IMG/VR virus record: IMGVR_UViG_2636415525_000002
Location: 33,425 to 97,424 of that record
Length of the DNA: 64,000 nucleotides
Strand: one strand, 5' to 3'
DNA from: a virus
Taxonomy: Duplodnaviria; Caudoviricetes
Shown here: positions 1-9,490 of the stretch, one piece after another
Layout: each line of letters starts with the position of its first letter
How positions within the stretch are numbered: position 1 is the stretch's first letter
Notes under the pieces: model-generated
Told to the model about the DNA's origin: nothing
The model's database searches: none
The model's input: the letters and a program-made list of their open reading frames with translations, nothing else
Translations under genes and position numbers: made by a program

Positions 1-567
1 GGTTACGTGAGTGAGGCCTAGAACTGCGGCGCCGGTTTGCTCAGCAAATACCACAACGGGTTCAAGATCCTTACGTACTTGAGTGTTGCTGTTCGAGTTG
101 CCGGATACGATCTGCGCAATCGAATCGATGATGACAAGAACAACATCACGGAGCTCCTGGAGCTTTGCAGCAAGCCGCGGTAGATCGACACGAAAGTCGA
201 ACGCGCGACTGCGACCATTTTCGCTCGTTTCCCGCAGGATATAGACATTCTCGAGATTGGCACCGCTCGCGGCGAGCCTTGGCATCAAAGTATCCTCGAC
301 CCCATCTTCGCAGGTCCAGATCAACACTCGACCTCGAGGGGCACTGCTACCGTCTGGCCATGCACCACCGACCGACAACGTCGCAGCGATCGCAAGAGCC
401 AGCGTTGTCTTCCCTGTTGACGGGGGGCCAGCGAGGAGATGTAGCTTTCCGCGCGCCAACCAAAACTTCCACAACCAAAAGATTGGGAACATGGGAATCT
501 CGCTTGCTGCCTCAAGGACTGGACCGTTCCCATTCGCCCCGAGCTTCGACCAAATGTTAGTGTGCAT
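1..567 (-). CDS. AAA_25/RepA-like helicase/ATPase, N-terminal part (runs off window edge; absent from ORF track)
   Basis: Manual translation from ATG 567 (GGAGG RBS at 576-580): MHTNIWSKLG...LHLLAGPPSTGKTTLAL (Walker A)...VVLVIIDS (Walker B); frame open to base 1. Confidence 0.8.
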   Translation of the reverse strand, partial: MHTNIWSKLGANGNGPVLEAASEIPMFPIFWLWKFWLARGKLHLLAGPPSTGKTTLALAIAATLSVGGAWPDGSSAPRGRVLIWTCEDGVEDTLMPRLAASGANLENVYILRETSENGRSRAFDFRVDLPRLAAKLQELRDVVLVIIDSIAQIVSGNSNSNTQVRKDLEPVVVFAEQTGAAVLGLTHVT

Positions 568-633
568 TTGCCCGGCCTCCGTGTTGGAGTGTAAGCGTGT
601 CGGCAGCGCCGTCTTGACGACGGGATCTTGATG

Positions 634-2205
634 TCAGCTGTCGTCGCGGAGTTGATCAGCTATGGCCCACGGCATGAGCTGATCGACACGATTGATTGCG
701 TGATCAGCAATGCGGGCAAGGACGAAGCGCAGATACGCTTCGGGATCGATGCCGTTGAGCTTCGCCGTTCCGATGAGGCTATAGATCGCGGCAGCGCGCT
801 CGCCGCCGGAGTCGGCACCGGCGAACAGGTAATTCCGCCTCCCGATGGCCACTCCACGCAACGCTCGCTCGACCGGCAGGTTATCGATCTCGAGTTGGCC
901 GTCGTCGCAATAGCGTGTGAGCGCTTCCCATCGGTTCAGCGCATAGAGAATCGCCCGACTCGTATCGGATTTCTTTGAGAGTGTCTCCAGCGTGGCGGTG
1001 AGCCAGGCGTGAAGCTGACTGAGAAGCGGTCGGGCATGTGCTTCTCGATACGCACGACGCTCGTCGGGCGGTTTGCCGCGTATCGCGTCTTCGATCTTGT
1101 ACAACGCACCGATACGCTCGAGCGCTTCGGTATTCAATGCGTTCGGGCGCGCAGCGTGTAGCTCATAGAACTGGCGTCGGGCATGCGCCCAGCAGGCAGC
1201 TTCCCTCACGCGTCCGGTCTCGTAGATAGCCTGGTAGCCGCCATAGGCGTCCGCTTGCAGCGTGCCGCTGAACGTCTCGAGATGTTGTTGCGGATGGATG
1301 CCTTTGCGATCCGGCGTGTAAGCGAACCACACCGCTGGCGGCGTCATATCGGCTGACGATCGATCGTCACGCACATAGACCCACAAGCGGCCAGTCTTCG
1401 TCTTGCCGTTGCCCGGTTCGAGCACTGGAACCGGCGTGTCGTCGGCATGCAGCTTCGTCCCGGTCATCACATGACGGCGTAATGCATCGACCAGTGGTTG
1501 TAAAAGCGTCGCGCCGTGGCCGACCCACTTCGCGAGCAACGAGCGGTCGAGTTCGACGCCTTCACGCGCATACATGACCGACTGCCGATACAGCGGGATG
1601 TGGTCTGCGAACTTCGAGACCAGCACGTGCGCGAGTAGTCCAGGGCCCGCCAGGCCGCGCTCGATGGGACGACTCGGCGCTGCTGCTTGCGCGATGTGAT
1701 CGCAGCACGCGCAGGCGAACTTGGGCCGCACATGACGGATTACGCGGAAGCTCGCAGGTACATATTCAAGTTGTTCGGAGACGTCTTCGCCTAGCAGCTT
1801 GAGCTTGCCGCCGCATTCCGAGCACGTCTCGGTCGATTGCGGCAAGTGCGTTTGCTCTTCACGTGGCAGATGCTCGGGCAGCGGCTTGCGAGGCGACTGT
1901 TCCGGCGCGGTACGAGGTGTCTTCGGGATTTCGATCGGAGCCGCGCCTTCGTCCGCTTCGAGTTCTTCCAGACGCAGTTCGAGTTGTTCGATCTGACGAT
2001 CGAGCTTCTCCGACTTGCGACCGAACTGCATGCGGCGCAGCTTCGCAATCAGCAGCTTCAGATGCTCGATCTCTGCCTTGGCGGTGGCGTTCGCCGCCTT
2101 GTGCGATTCGACTACGTCCTCGAGATGCCCAATGCGAGCATCGCGCTCGAGCAGCATGGCTTTGAGCGCTTCGATGTCGTCCGGATAGGCGTTGGCCGCG
2201 GTCAT
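634..2205 (-). CDS. tnpC: IS66 transposase TnpC
   Basis: 523 aa; coiled coil, CxxC motifs, [31 protein letters not shown]. Confidence 0.97.
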   Translation of the reverse strand: MTAANAYPDDIEALKAMLLERDARIGHLEDVVESHKAANATAKAEIEHLKLLIAKLRRMQFGRKSEKLDRQIEQLELRLEELEADEGAAPIEIPKTPRTAPEQSPRKPLPEHLPREEQTHLPQSTETCSECGGKLKLLGEDVSEQLEYVPASFRVIRHVRPKFACACCDHIAQAAAPSRPIERGLAGPGLLAHVLVSKFADHIPLYRQSVMYAREGVELDRSLLAKWVGHGATLLQPLVDALRRHVMTGTKLHADDTPVPVLEPGNGKTKTGRLWVYVRDDRSSADMTPPAVWFAYTPDRKGIHPQQHLETFSGTLQADAYGGYQAIYETGRVREAACWAHARRQFYELHAARPNALNTEALERIGALYKIEDAIRGKPPDERRAYREAHARPLLSQLHAWLTATLETLSKKSDTSRAILYALNRWEALTRYCDDGQLEIDNLPVERALRGVAIGRRNYLFAGADSGGERAAAIYSLIGTAKLNGIDPEAYLRFVLARIADHAINRVDQLMPWAIADQLRDDS

Positions 2206-2234
2206 GCCGGCAGTTTACGCGGCGGCCGACGGGT

Positions 2235-2582
2235 TTACAACGCCGATGTCGGCTCGGTCGTTCGTATCGGCTGGCGCCAGTCGATACCTTCGAGCAGCAT
2301 CGACAGTTGGGCTTGGCTCAGGCAGACAACGCCACCGTCGGCGCGTGGCCAAACGAATCGGCCCCGTTCCAGGCGTTTCATCAGAAGACACATGCCGTCG
2401 CCGCTCCACCACAGCACTTTGACCAGATCGCCGCGCTTGCCTCGGAACACGAACACGTGGCCGCTGAAGGGATCGCGTTCCAATACGGTCTGGACCTTCG
2501 CGGCCAAGCTGTTGAAGCCTGAACGCATATCAGTCACACCCGCGGCCAGCCAGACCTTTGTGCGGCTGGGCAGCCCGATCAT
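2235..2582 (-). CDS. tnpB: IS66 accessory protein TnpB
   Basis: [37 protein letters not shown]. Confidence 0.96.
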   Translation of the reverse strand: MIGLPSRTKVWLAAGVTDMRSGFNSLAAKVQTVLERDPFSGHVFVFRGKRGDLVKVLWWSGDGMCLLMKRLERGRFVWPRADGGVVCLSQAQLSMLLEGIDWRQPIRTTEPTSAL

Positions 2583-2986
2583 GCTGCCGATTCCGGTGTG
2601 TTGCGCAACATGCGCAGCACCAGCCGCAACGTGCCCTCGTTGGGCGAGCCCTCGATCCGCACACGAGTGTTACCGACGTTGATCTCTATGGCGCCCATCG
2701 CGGCAGCGCCGATCACCGGCGTCGGCGCCACGGTCGCAGTCGGTCGCTCGATCTGTGGCGCTGGCGCTTCCAATGTGACCGGCAAAAATCCCACAGAATC
2801 GTATTCGCCGGCACGCAACGCGCGACGCCATTTGAATAACAAGTTCGTGTTCACCCCGTGTTCCATCGCCAGCCGCGCTACGGATACGCCCGGTTCGCAG
2901 GCCAGCTTGGCGAGTTTCCGTCGAAATTCGACGGGGTGATTAGGAATGCCTTTGCGTGAAGTTCTCTTCGGTGCTTCTGTTGACAC
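2579..2986 (-). CDS. tnpA: IS66 TnpA (HTH_Tnp_1)
   Basis: EFRRKLA...[21 protein letters not shown]. Confidence 0.93.
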   Translation of the reverse strand: MSTEAPKRTSRKGIPNHPVEFRRKLAKLACEPGVSVARLAMEHGVNTNLLFKWRRALRAGEYDSVGFLPVTLEAPAPQIERPTATVAPTPVIGAAAMGAIEINVGNTRVRIEGSPNEGTLRLVLRMLRNTPESAA

Positions 2987-3035
2987 TGTGGTCCCCGCTA
3001 CTCGCCGTGGTGGGGTCTACTCTGGCAACATTCAT

Positions 3036-4244
3036 TCACACCGTCGAGACGGTACCGGCGACTCGCTTACGTTGGAGTTGCCCACCGAACTGGACAAAAT
3101 ACTCTCGCTTCAACCGACTAGCTTTTGATTGCCCACACTTCAGAAACGAACGAATTGCTGCCTGCGTCGGCCTGAGGCGCCCAGCAACGACCGCTTTGTG
3201 AATCTCCCGGAGCAGGCGGAAATCGTCACCGACGCATTCACTGTCGGTAGCGGTGTCGTCAGCGGTCGTTACGCCTGCCGCCGACATCACGTCACGATCG
3301 GCAACCAACGGTGGATGATCGCCAGTCGCGACTCCCGACTCCTGTACGACCGCCCTTTGCTCCAAAGACTCGTCGATAGGACCAGCCATGACTGCGGCGC
3401 GACTATTAGCGCGACTCGATCTAACCGACACCAGCATCCAACCAGTGATGGCAGCGCCTTCAAGGACAACCGAGCAGGCCAGCGCCAACAACAATTCCAG
3501 TCGTCCTTCGGTCGTACCAAGCCACGTCGCCACTTCTGACGCGACCGGATCGGCGCGCAACGCTGCGCGTGACGCTGCTTCTTGGTCGACCAGTCGATTA
3601 TGTCGGTCCTCCTCGGCTTCGTGCCGCCGCGCTTCACCAGCTTCTGTTTCCAGTGTCGCGAGGTGCGTCTCGAGGATCGTCCGACTGACTTTGAGCCACC
3701 GACAATCGCCAACACATGAGCGCGCCTCGACTCGGGCCAAATCGACCTTCGCCTTTGAGGTTTCTCGGGCAATTTCAGTCAACGTACGTCCAGGAGACGT
3801 TACTCTAAGGAATGGCTGAGTGATCGTCGGAGCCATCGCGACCCGTTGATCGCCGGCGTGTTGCCGGGAAACGAGGACAAACGCGACCTGGCCGTACAGC
3901 ACCACAATCAGGCCGACCGCCCACAACACAAAGGCGAACAGCCGAGCGAGACCAGCCAAGGCTTGCCGCAGTGCGGGCAACATGTGGACATAAAGGACAG
4001 CCACACAACCAATTGAGATGCTCATCGCCCGCTCAACGGTCAATCCACCTCGATACCAACCGGCATACATCGCGATGGCGATCGATACTATCGTGGCGAA
4101 CATCGCTCCGAACTTCAAAATCAAAAGGTTAATTACGGAAGTGCGGCTGGATTGGAACTGGTGGGTTTCATTTGCAAGATCCGCGCTCAGAAAGCGCACA
4201 GGGTTAAAGGGCGGGGGGGAGCCGCCGGCGTATCGCGTGCACAT
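3036..4244 (-). CDS. Multi-TM membrane/coiled-coil protein with C-terminal HTH-like segment; last codons replaced by IS66
   Basis: Several hydrophobic helices; removing IS66 restores the end ...GQLQHGGRANAH* with stop at 557-559. Confidence 0.75.
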   Translation of the reverse strand: MCTRYAGGSPPPFNPVRFLSADLANETHQFQSSRTSVINLLILKFGAMFATIVSIAIAMYAGWYRGGLTVERAMSISIGCVAVLYVHMLPALRQALAGLARLFAFVLWAVGLIVVLYGQVAFVLVSRQHAGDQRVAMAPTITQPFLRVTSPGRTLTEIARETSKAKVDLARVEARSCVGDCRWLKVSRTILETHLATLETEAGEARRHEAEEDRHNRLVDQEAASRAALRADPVASEVATWLGTTEGRLELLLALACSVVLEGAAITGWMLVSVRSSRANSRAAVMAGPIDESLEQRAVVQESGVATGDHPPLVADRDVMSAAGVTTADDTATDSECVGDDFRLLREIHKAVVAGRLRPTQAAIRSFLKCGQSKASRLKREYFVQFGGQLQRKRVAGTVSTV

Positions 4245-4517
4245 TCAAGCCCCCTCGATCAGTGCACGGATCAGATCGGCCTTCCAGTAAAGACGGCGGT
4301 TTGCGGCCTTCTTCGGAACGACGGAGAAATAGCAGCCGTCCGTGGAATACGCTTTTCTCAGAGTCTGCGGACGGAGGCCAAGAAGGTCCGCAGCCTCGTC
4401 GGTAGTGAGATATTCGCGCCCAAACGACGGTGCGGATGTATGGCTGACAGCCGACGCCCGGAACGGGACATCGGCGGCAAGTTGGGCGGCGCCGCCGGAA
4501 ACAGCGTAGAGACTCAT
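4245..4517 (-). CDS. Excisionase/AlpA-like (MerR-type HTH) DNA-binding protein
   Basis: YLTTDEAADLLGLRPQTLRK; stop abuts the ATG of the next gene. Confidence 0.75.
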   Translation of the reverse strand: MSLYAVSGGAAQLAADVPFRASAVSHTSAPSFGREYLTTDEAADLLGLRPQTLRKAYSTDGCYFSVVPKKAANRRLYWKADLIRALIEGA

Positions 4518-4637
4518 TGTTCGCTCCAAAGGATTAGGAAAATCCGCGTCGCAGCATCCCGAGGCTGACAGGATCAACACATCGGACCCAGTCAACTAGG
4601 TCACTGCGAACTGCGTGGAGCGAACAATATTTGTGAG

Positions 4638-4708
4638 CGAAGAGATACGAAACAGCTTCGAAGCTTACCGAAGGCTACCGAAGCTAGTCGTGAACTATCG
4701 AAGCCTAT
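4638..4708. repeat. Seven helically phased ~10-bp imperfect repeats (CGAAG core)
   Basis: Units start at 4638, 4648, 4659, 4669, 4679, 4689 and 4699. Confidence 0.6.
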
Positions 4709-5697
4709 TGTCGTGGGCCGCTCTTCTTCAAAGCATCCCAGCGGCGATTCAAACGGTTATTAAGCGCATCCTTCGTCAATCGGGCGGGGGCCTTCTTGTC
4801 TGTCGAATACCAGTCTTTCGAATACAGCAAAGCGCCGTCGTGATCCGTCTGTCCAGTGAAAGGCCGCTCTTCATTCAAAGCGAGTTCTCTTAGAGCCTGC
4901 CAGACTGTTGAGGTGTTATAAGAGCCAGTGGATGCAACAGCCTTATCAATTGGATCGTCCAGTTCGTTTCGCCGTTGCTTCAGTCGCGAAGACTTTCGAG
5001 TCACCTCGGCCACGCCCACGTCGCCAGCCACCATCTCCGGAGTGACGCTTACCTCGACATGGGGAATAGATTTATCCGTCATGCTTGGATTCGATTCGGA
5101 TGGCTGATCCACCACTTCATTTGTGGCCGGGGCCGCACGGAAGAATCCGAGTATTTCCTCTGTCTCAAAACCAAGACAGCTCAACCACTTCCGATCTGCA
5201 GCGTCAAACGCCGCAGAGTCGTCAATAACCGACTGTTGGGAAAGCGATTTTCGTCCAGACAGAAAATCATTGAATCGATCCTGGTTATAAGCAATCATGC
5301 GCTCCAGCATGGCCATAGCCCGCGTTCTACCTTCGACGTCTAGACGAACGGGCTGCCCAGTCACGCTCCAGTTTCTCCACTTCGGGCTTCGCTCTGCGTG
5401 CTCCATCAGTTCCCAATGCAGGCGACTCGCGGCAAACCAGCGACGATAAAGAGATTCCATTACCGGGGTCAGGGGCAATCCACGGTTGAACCGAGCCATT
5501 GGCAAGCTACTGATCCGTCTTGCGACAAAATCTTCAATCTGCTTGGCCTCACCTTCCGGGATTTCAACGCCATGCCTTGCGATCAAACTGATCACGCTAT
5601 CGAGCGTAATACACGGGATCTTTGGCAAATCTTTGTCGTACAACGGCTCCGCGGCACGCTGGACCTTCGGTTCTTGCACTGTCATGGCCTTTAGCAA
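4705..5697 (-). CDS. Hypothetical island protein
   Basis: 330-aa ORF with plausible composition; no family recognised. Confidence 0.65.
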   Translation of the reverse strand: MLKAMTVQEPKVQRAAEPLYDKDLPKIPCITLDSVISLIARHGVEIPEGEAKQIEDFVARRISSLPMARFNRGLPLTPVMESLYRRWFAASRLHWELMEHAERSPKWRNWSVTGQPVRLDVEGRTRAMAMLERMIAYNQDRFNDFLSGRKSLSQQSVIDDSAAFDAADRKWLSCLGFETEEILGFFRAAPATNEVVDQPSESNPSMTDKSIPHVEVSVTPEMVAGDVGVAEVTRKSSRLKQRRNELDDPIDKAVASTGSYNTSTVWQALRELALNEERPFTGQTDHDGALLYSKDWYSTDKKAPARLTKDALNNRLNRRWDALKKSGPRQ

Positions 5698-6139
5698 ATC
5701 GGAAACTGAACGATGTATTGACTCGGCTGGTCATCGGATGCGTCAGGAACCACTCATCGCTTCCAGTGATTAGGCAGACACGGCCCCGATTTCACCGCTC
5801 CAGGTGGTTTGATTTTATCGCGACATACATGAAGGTCTCCGACAGGCACCCGGATCAGAACTTCGCGGAACTCGTCCCGCGTCCGCGCCACCACTTGGAC
5901 ATGCAATTGACGTGGCGTCAAAAACCGCTAAGGCCACCCATCGGATCCGAGCGTCGGAGCCGCGTGCTTCGTAGCGTGAACACGCCTCGCAGTCGCCCAC
6001 GCCAAACTCGTGCTCGTCCGGCGAACAAAAGAGCATCGATGTGCATCCACGTTGACCCAATTGGGTTACATAGCGGTTACACGAGCATGCCGACAGAGGA
6101 CGGGGAATTCGAAAATTTCAGCTAAGGTACTGATTTGAC

Positions 6140-6184
6140 TGGCCCGCCCTACACGATTCGAACGTGTGACCTACGGCTTAGAAG
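6140..6184 (-). other. att site: duplicated 3' half of tRNA-Arg(TCT)
   Basis: Reverse complement CTTCTAAGCCGTAGGTCACACGTTCGAATCGTGTAGGGCGGGCCA gives the anticodon loop, T-arm and CCA; the 5' half of the tRNA is absent. Confidence 0.85.
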
Positions 6185-6301
6185 AACGGTAGTTTGCAAA
6201 TCGATGGGAGCGGAAGCGTTGCTGGGTAACGATCTGAAGCGGTAGCCACCCCTAAGTCGGCTGCGCTTTCGCATCCATTTTAGCCATTTCGCAGGCATTC
6301 A

Positions 6302-6321
6302 GGGCACACTTTGGGCACACT
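6302..6321. repeat. 9-bp direct repeat GGGCACACT x2, possible integrase arm-type sites
   Basis: Copies at 6302-6310 and 6313-6321, ~120 bp inside the att core. Confidence 0.4.
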
Positions 6322-6330
6322 CCGAGAACT

Positions 6331-6531
6331 TCATTCCGGGCGCTCCGCCAAGCTGGTTCGCCAGTCCCCGACAAACCCGAACGTCGGCGCTGGCTTGGGC
6401 TCCGAAAACCAGAAATCTGTATAGACGGCGACATTCGGGGCAAGGAACCAGTGCGCTTCTCCGTTGGCGTCCATTGCCCACCAGCGGGCGTTCTTCGGAG
6501 CCTTCTTCCAATCGATCTCGGGTTTGTCCAT
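6331..6531 (-). CDS. Small phage hypothetical protein
   Basis: 66 aa, Trp-rich (IDWKKAPKNARWWAMDANG); GGAGG RBS. Confidence 0.75.
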   Translation of the reverse strand: MDKPEIDWKKAPKNARWWAMDANGEAHWFLAPNVAVYTDFWFSEPKPAPTFGFVGDWRTSLAERPE

Positions 6532-6565
6532 GCGACCTCCATCGTGACGGTGGAAGTCTAGACGA

Positions 6566-7042
6566 TCAGTGAGGCGCCGTCAGGGCATCATAGTCGCGCT
6601 CGCACTGCTGGCCGGCGATGCGGGCACGGTCAGCGTACTCTGCCAGTTCGCCCGCGCGCTGATCAGCGCGGCCGAGCACGTCGGCAAGCAGATCGAGGGC
6701 GTCGCCGGCTGCCTGGCTTCCGGCGGTAACGGCGGGATGGCGGGCGGCTGCGACGAGCTGATCGACGCGCTGCTGCAGGCTGCCAGCGGCAGCACGAGCA
6801 GCAAAAGCATCCGCGAGTGCGGCCGTGCGTTGTTGGTTCGCATCGTTTGCAATCTCCTGTTGAGCCGCGGTGCGGCGTTGTTCCACGGTGCGCGCCGCCT
6901 CGACGGCGTCGAGCTGCGCCTTCTGCACGGTGGCGACCGTCGTGCGCACGCCGTCGGCGTGTCCCTTGAAGTACCCGCCGGCGAGGCCGACGACGGCCGC
7001 CGCGATCACGGCCAGCCAAACTCGGGGATCGAACCAGGTCAT
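6566..7042 (-). CDS. Rz-like i-spanin (DUF2514-like)
   Basis: N-terminal TM (MTWFDPRVWLAVIAAAVVGLAGGY) then Ala-rich coiled coil, ending GQQCERDYDAL; last gene of lysis cassette. Confidence 0.85.
   Translation of the reverse strand: MTWFDPRVWLAVIAAAVVGLAGGYFKGHADGVRTTVATVQKAQLDAVEAARTVEQRRTAAQQEIANDANQQRTAALADAFAARAAAGSLQQRVDQLVAAARHPAVTAGSQAAGDALDLLADVLGRADQRAGELAEYADRARIAGQQCERDYDALTAPH
6580..6843 (-). CDS. Rz1-like o-spanin lipoprotein embedded in Rz
   Basis: Alternate frame; lipobox LLLLVLPLAAC then Pro-rich segment; start uncertain. Confidence 0.75.
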   Translation of the reverse strand: MRTNNARPHSRMLLLLVLPLAACSSASISSSQPPAIPPLPPEARQPATPSICLPTCSAALISARANWQSTLTVPASPASSASATMMP

Positions 7043-7584
7043 TTCCGCTCCTTCGCATGCAATTGCTTCAGCTCGTCCGGTGAGTAGACGAAGCCCGGCA
7101 GCAGGAACGCCTGCACGCTCCAGACCGGGTCGCTTTCCTCGTGCCGGCCGTGATCCCTGCCTCGGTGATGGAGCGCGCACAGCAGCAGTTGGTTGTAGGT
7201 CGAATCGACGAACGCCTCCGGCCGGGCCGGGTCGAACGCCTCCCAGTCGAAGCCCTGCGTCAGCTTGATCACGTCCCAGACCGGGTGCTGGCGCGGGATC
7301 GGCACGATGCGCTGCAGCTTGTGGCTGAACATCGTGTCGACCTCGTTGAGCGCGACGCCGCGGATCCACTTCCAGTCGATCGCGTGCGAGAACGCCCACT
7401 CGAAGAACCGATGGTGCGACTCGACCGCCTGGTCGTCGCCGCAGACCGCGCAGACGTAGCCGCCGGCCGCCTTCATCGCGCGCTTGCTCGCGCGGAACGT
7501 CGACGATTCGGTACGGGGCTCGTGGTCGGGATAGAAGACGTCCTCGGCGAGCGTACGCCGCGTCTCGTGAGTTTTCGTCGTCAT
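7039..7584 (-). CDS. HNH-like zinc-binding protein within lysis cassette
   Basis: CAVCG...ESHH...YNQLLLCALHHRG..H; ATGA overlaps on both sides. Confidence 0.7.
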   Translation of the reverse strand: MTTKTHETRRTLAEDVFYPDHEPRTESSTFRASKRAMKAAGGYVCAVCGDDQAVESHHRFFEWAFSHAIDWKWIRGVALNEVDTMFSHKLQRIVPIPRQHPVWDVIKLTQGFDWEAFDPARPEAFVDSTYNQLLLCALHHRGRDHGRHEESDPVWSVQAFLLPGFVYSPDELKQLHAKERK

Positions 7585-8078
7585 AGGTCACGCTCGCACA
7601 ATGCGCGCTCTTCGGCGCGACGTTTCACCAGACCCGGCAGCACGCGGCCGCCGGCCGTCACCCACTGCTGCCGGCCGTTGTCCGCCTCGTTCATTGCGCG
7701 GCATGCGCCCTTCCAGTCGCCCACGGTGAACCGCTTCGCCGTCGTGCTGCCGCAGTACGCGCCAGCTCCGACGTTGTAGGCGAAGCTCACGGCGGCCGCG
7801 AGCTGGTACGTGTGCCCCTTCAGGCCTGGCGTGCACTTCAGCACTGGCTCGGCGTGCTCGATGAGGCGCTGCTCGAGGCGCGCGCGGCACTCCTCGGGTG
7901 TGAAGCGCTGGCCGGCCCGCACGTCCTTCGTGTCGCCGTTGCATGCCGTGATGATCCCGATCGGGTCGGGTCGCGCGACGAGTTCGAGCCCCTCGAACTT
8001 CGGGACCATGGAAAAAAGAAGGGCTGCCGCAGCAGCCCCCACAACACCCGCCAGTGTCTTCTTCGGTACGTTAGCCAT
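7581..8078 (-). CDS. SAR endolysin, GH24 lysozyme
   Basis: Ala/Gly-rich N-terminal SAR helix; E-x8-D-x5-T triad (EGLELVARPDPIGIIT); SFAYNVG; LPGLVKRR. Confidence 0.93.
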   Translation of the reverse strand: MANVPKKTLAGVVGAAAAALLFSMVPKFEGLELVARPDPIGIITACNGDTKDVRAGQRFTPEECRARLEQRLIEHAEPVLKCTPGLKGHTYQLAAAVSFAYNVGAGAYCGSTTAKRFTVGDWKGACRAMNEADNGRQQWVTAGGRVLPGLVKRRAEERALCERDL

Positions 8079-8253
8079 CGAGCAGTGCCCTCTTCCCTTT
8101 GTTCTTGACCAGGTAGTACGCCTGCAGCCCGATGTACGCGATCGTCGCGACGGCCACCCACCAGTTGATGTCGTGGCCAGTCAGCCACAACCAGAAATTG
8201 CCTCCCACCGCCGGCGCCGCCTTGGCTGCGCTTACCGCGAGATCGTTCTTCAT
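8071..8253 (-). CDS. Holin
   Basis: 60 aa with TM segment(s) and basic C-terminus, immediately upstream of endolysin. Confidence 0.75.
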   Translation of the reverse strand: MKNDLAVSAAKAAPAVGGNFWLWLTGHDINWWVAVATIAYIGLQAYYLVKNKGKRALLDG

Positions 8254-8306
8254 CGAGTCCCCGAAATGAAAAAGAAAAGCCGCCCGGAGGCGGCGGCGAA
8301 ATATTC

Positions 8307-8335
8307 TTGACCATCAGACCCAATAGGTCTACATT
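8307..8335 (+). promoter_or_regulatory. Sigma70-like moron promoter with palindromic operator
   Basis: TTGACC-17-TACATT; inverted repeat AGACC-caata-GGTCT at 8316-8330. Confidence 0.55.
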
Positions 8336-8419
8336 ACTGGGCAGCGGTAGCGCATTCGCGTAGCCCGACACCCCGAAAGGAAACGACCATGAAACTCACT
8401 TTCCGCGCGCGCCCCGCGC

Positions 8420-8716
8420 GTGCCTACCTCCATGCCGATCAAGTACACACCTCCCGGAACTCGGGATCTCGCGACGCTCAAGCACGAGCTGAACATGACC
8501 GGCAAGCAGATGGCCGATCTGTTCTGGCTGGCCGGCGATCATCAGTGGCGCAAGTACACGGGCGGCCAGTCTCCGCGGGAGCTGAGCCCACACATGGCGT
8601 TTGTGGCGGCGGCGAAGCTCACGCTCGCGGAGGACGACTTCGCTCGCATCCTCGCGAAGATGGCGACGTTCGGCGCGCACGTCGAGGAGGCGCCCGATGG
8701 AGAGCCGCAGCCGTAG
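8420..8716 (+). CDS. XRE-like HTH protein
   Basis: LKHELNMTGKQMADLFWLAGDHQWRKYTGG. Confidence 0.7.
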   Translation: MPTSMPIKYTPPGTRDLATLKHELNMTGKQMADLFWLAGDHQWRKYTGGQSPRELSPHMAFVAAAKLTLAEDDFARILAKMATFGAHVEEAPDGEPQP

Positions 8717-8718
8717 CG

Positions 8719-9456
8719 ATGGCCCTTGGCTGCAGTGCAGCCCTGACCGCGTGCGGAGGCGGCGGTGATGGCAGTGGCCAGCCCACCGCGCCCACGACAC
8801 ACCCCGATCCCGCGCCGAGCACCTCTCCTTCACCTTCGAAGACCGTCAAGATCGCGATGTATGGCGATTCGACTGCATTCGGCACGACGTTCGAAGCCGG
8901 CGTGTATGTCCAGTCACCGCACAACGAACCCGCATCGATTCAATTCGCCCTTCAGCAGAAGTTCGGCGCCGCAGTGACGGTCGAGAATCGCGGCGTGCCA
9001 GGATCGACCTGCGGTCAGTGGCTATGGGGGCAGCGCGACGTCAAACAGGCGTGGACGGTCGAGATGGCGAAGTCCGACGCGCAAATCGTCACGATGAACT
9101 GCGCGATCAACGACGCCTTCCTGCCGAACGAGACCGACCAGGACTTCCAGTACGTCTACGGCCAGTTCGCGCAGATCGCCCGCCAGTACGGGAAAGCATT
9201 CGTGATCATCACGCCGAACCCGATCGACGATCCGCACAACGTCCGTTTGGAGGAGCTCGTGCGTAGTCAGCACTACGTCGCGCAGCTTCAACAGGTCGAG
9301 ATCATCGACCAGTGGAGCACGATTCAGCAGGCAATGCCGAACTGGCAGGCCAATCTGCCCGATCGGATTCATCCGAACGACGCTCTGTACGAATACATGG
9401 CGCAGATTTCTTCTGCAGCCCTGGACAGCCTGGTGGCCAGATATCTGTCCGATTGA
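8719..9456 (+). CDS. SGNH/GDSL hydrolase lipoprotein
   Basis: Lipobox LTAC; MYGDST, NRGVPG, AINDA and DRIHP blocks; start uncertain (frame open from 8389). Confidence 0.85.
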   Translation: MALGCSAALTACGGGGDGSGQPTAPTTHPDPAPSTSPSPSKTVKIAMYGDSTAFGTTFEAGVYVQSPHNEPASIQFALQQKFGAAVTVENRGVPGSTCGQWLWGQRDVKQAWTVEMAKSDAQIVTMNCAINDAFLPNETDQDFQYVYGQFAQIARQYGKAFVIITPNPIDDPHNVRLEELVRSQHYVAQLQQVEIIDQWSTIQQAMPNWQANLPDRIHPNDALYEYMAQISSAALDSLVARYLSD

Positions 9457-9490
9457 ATGGTGCGACGACATGAGAGGTCGATATGGCAAA

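Larger units (their letters stand above)
591..3070 (-). mobile_element. IS66-family insertion sequence
   Basis: Imperfect ~29-bp terminal inverted repeats starting GTAAGCG (591) and ending CGCTTAC (3070); 8-bp target duplication GTTGGAGT at 583-590 and 3071-3078; tnpA-tnpB-tnpC. Confidence 0.97.

Noticed and set aside
18-631. ORF-track calls at the window start
   Set aside because: Superseded by the minus-strand frame from 567 with Walker A/B motifs, missed by the track because it has no stop in the window.
6140-6184. Intact tRNA-Arg gene
   Set aside because: Only the anticodon loop to CCA is present; the adjacent sequence cannot form the 5' anticodon stem, D-arm or acceptor strand.
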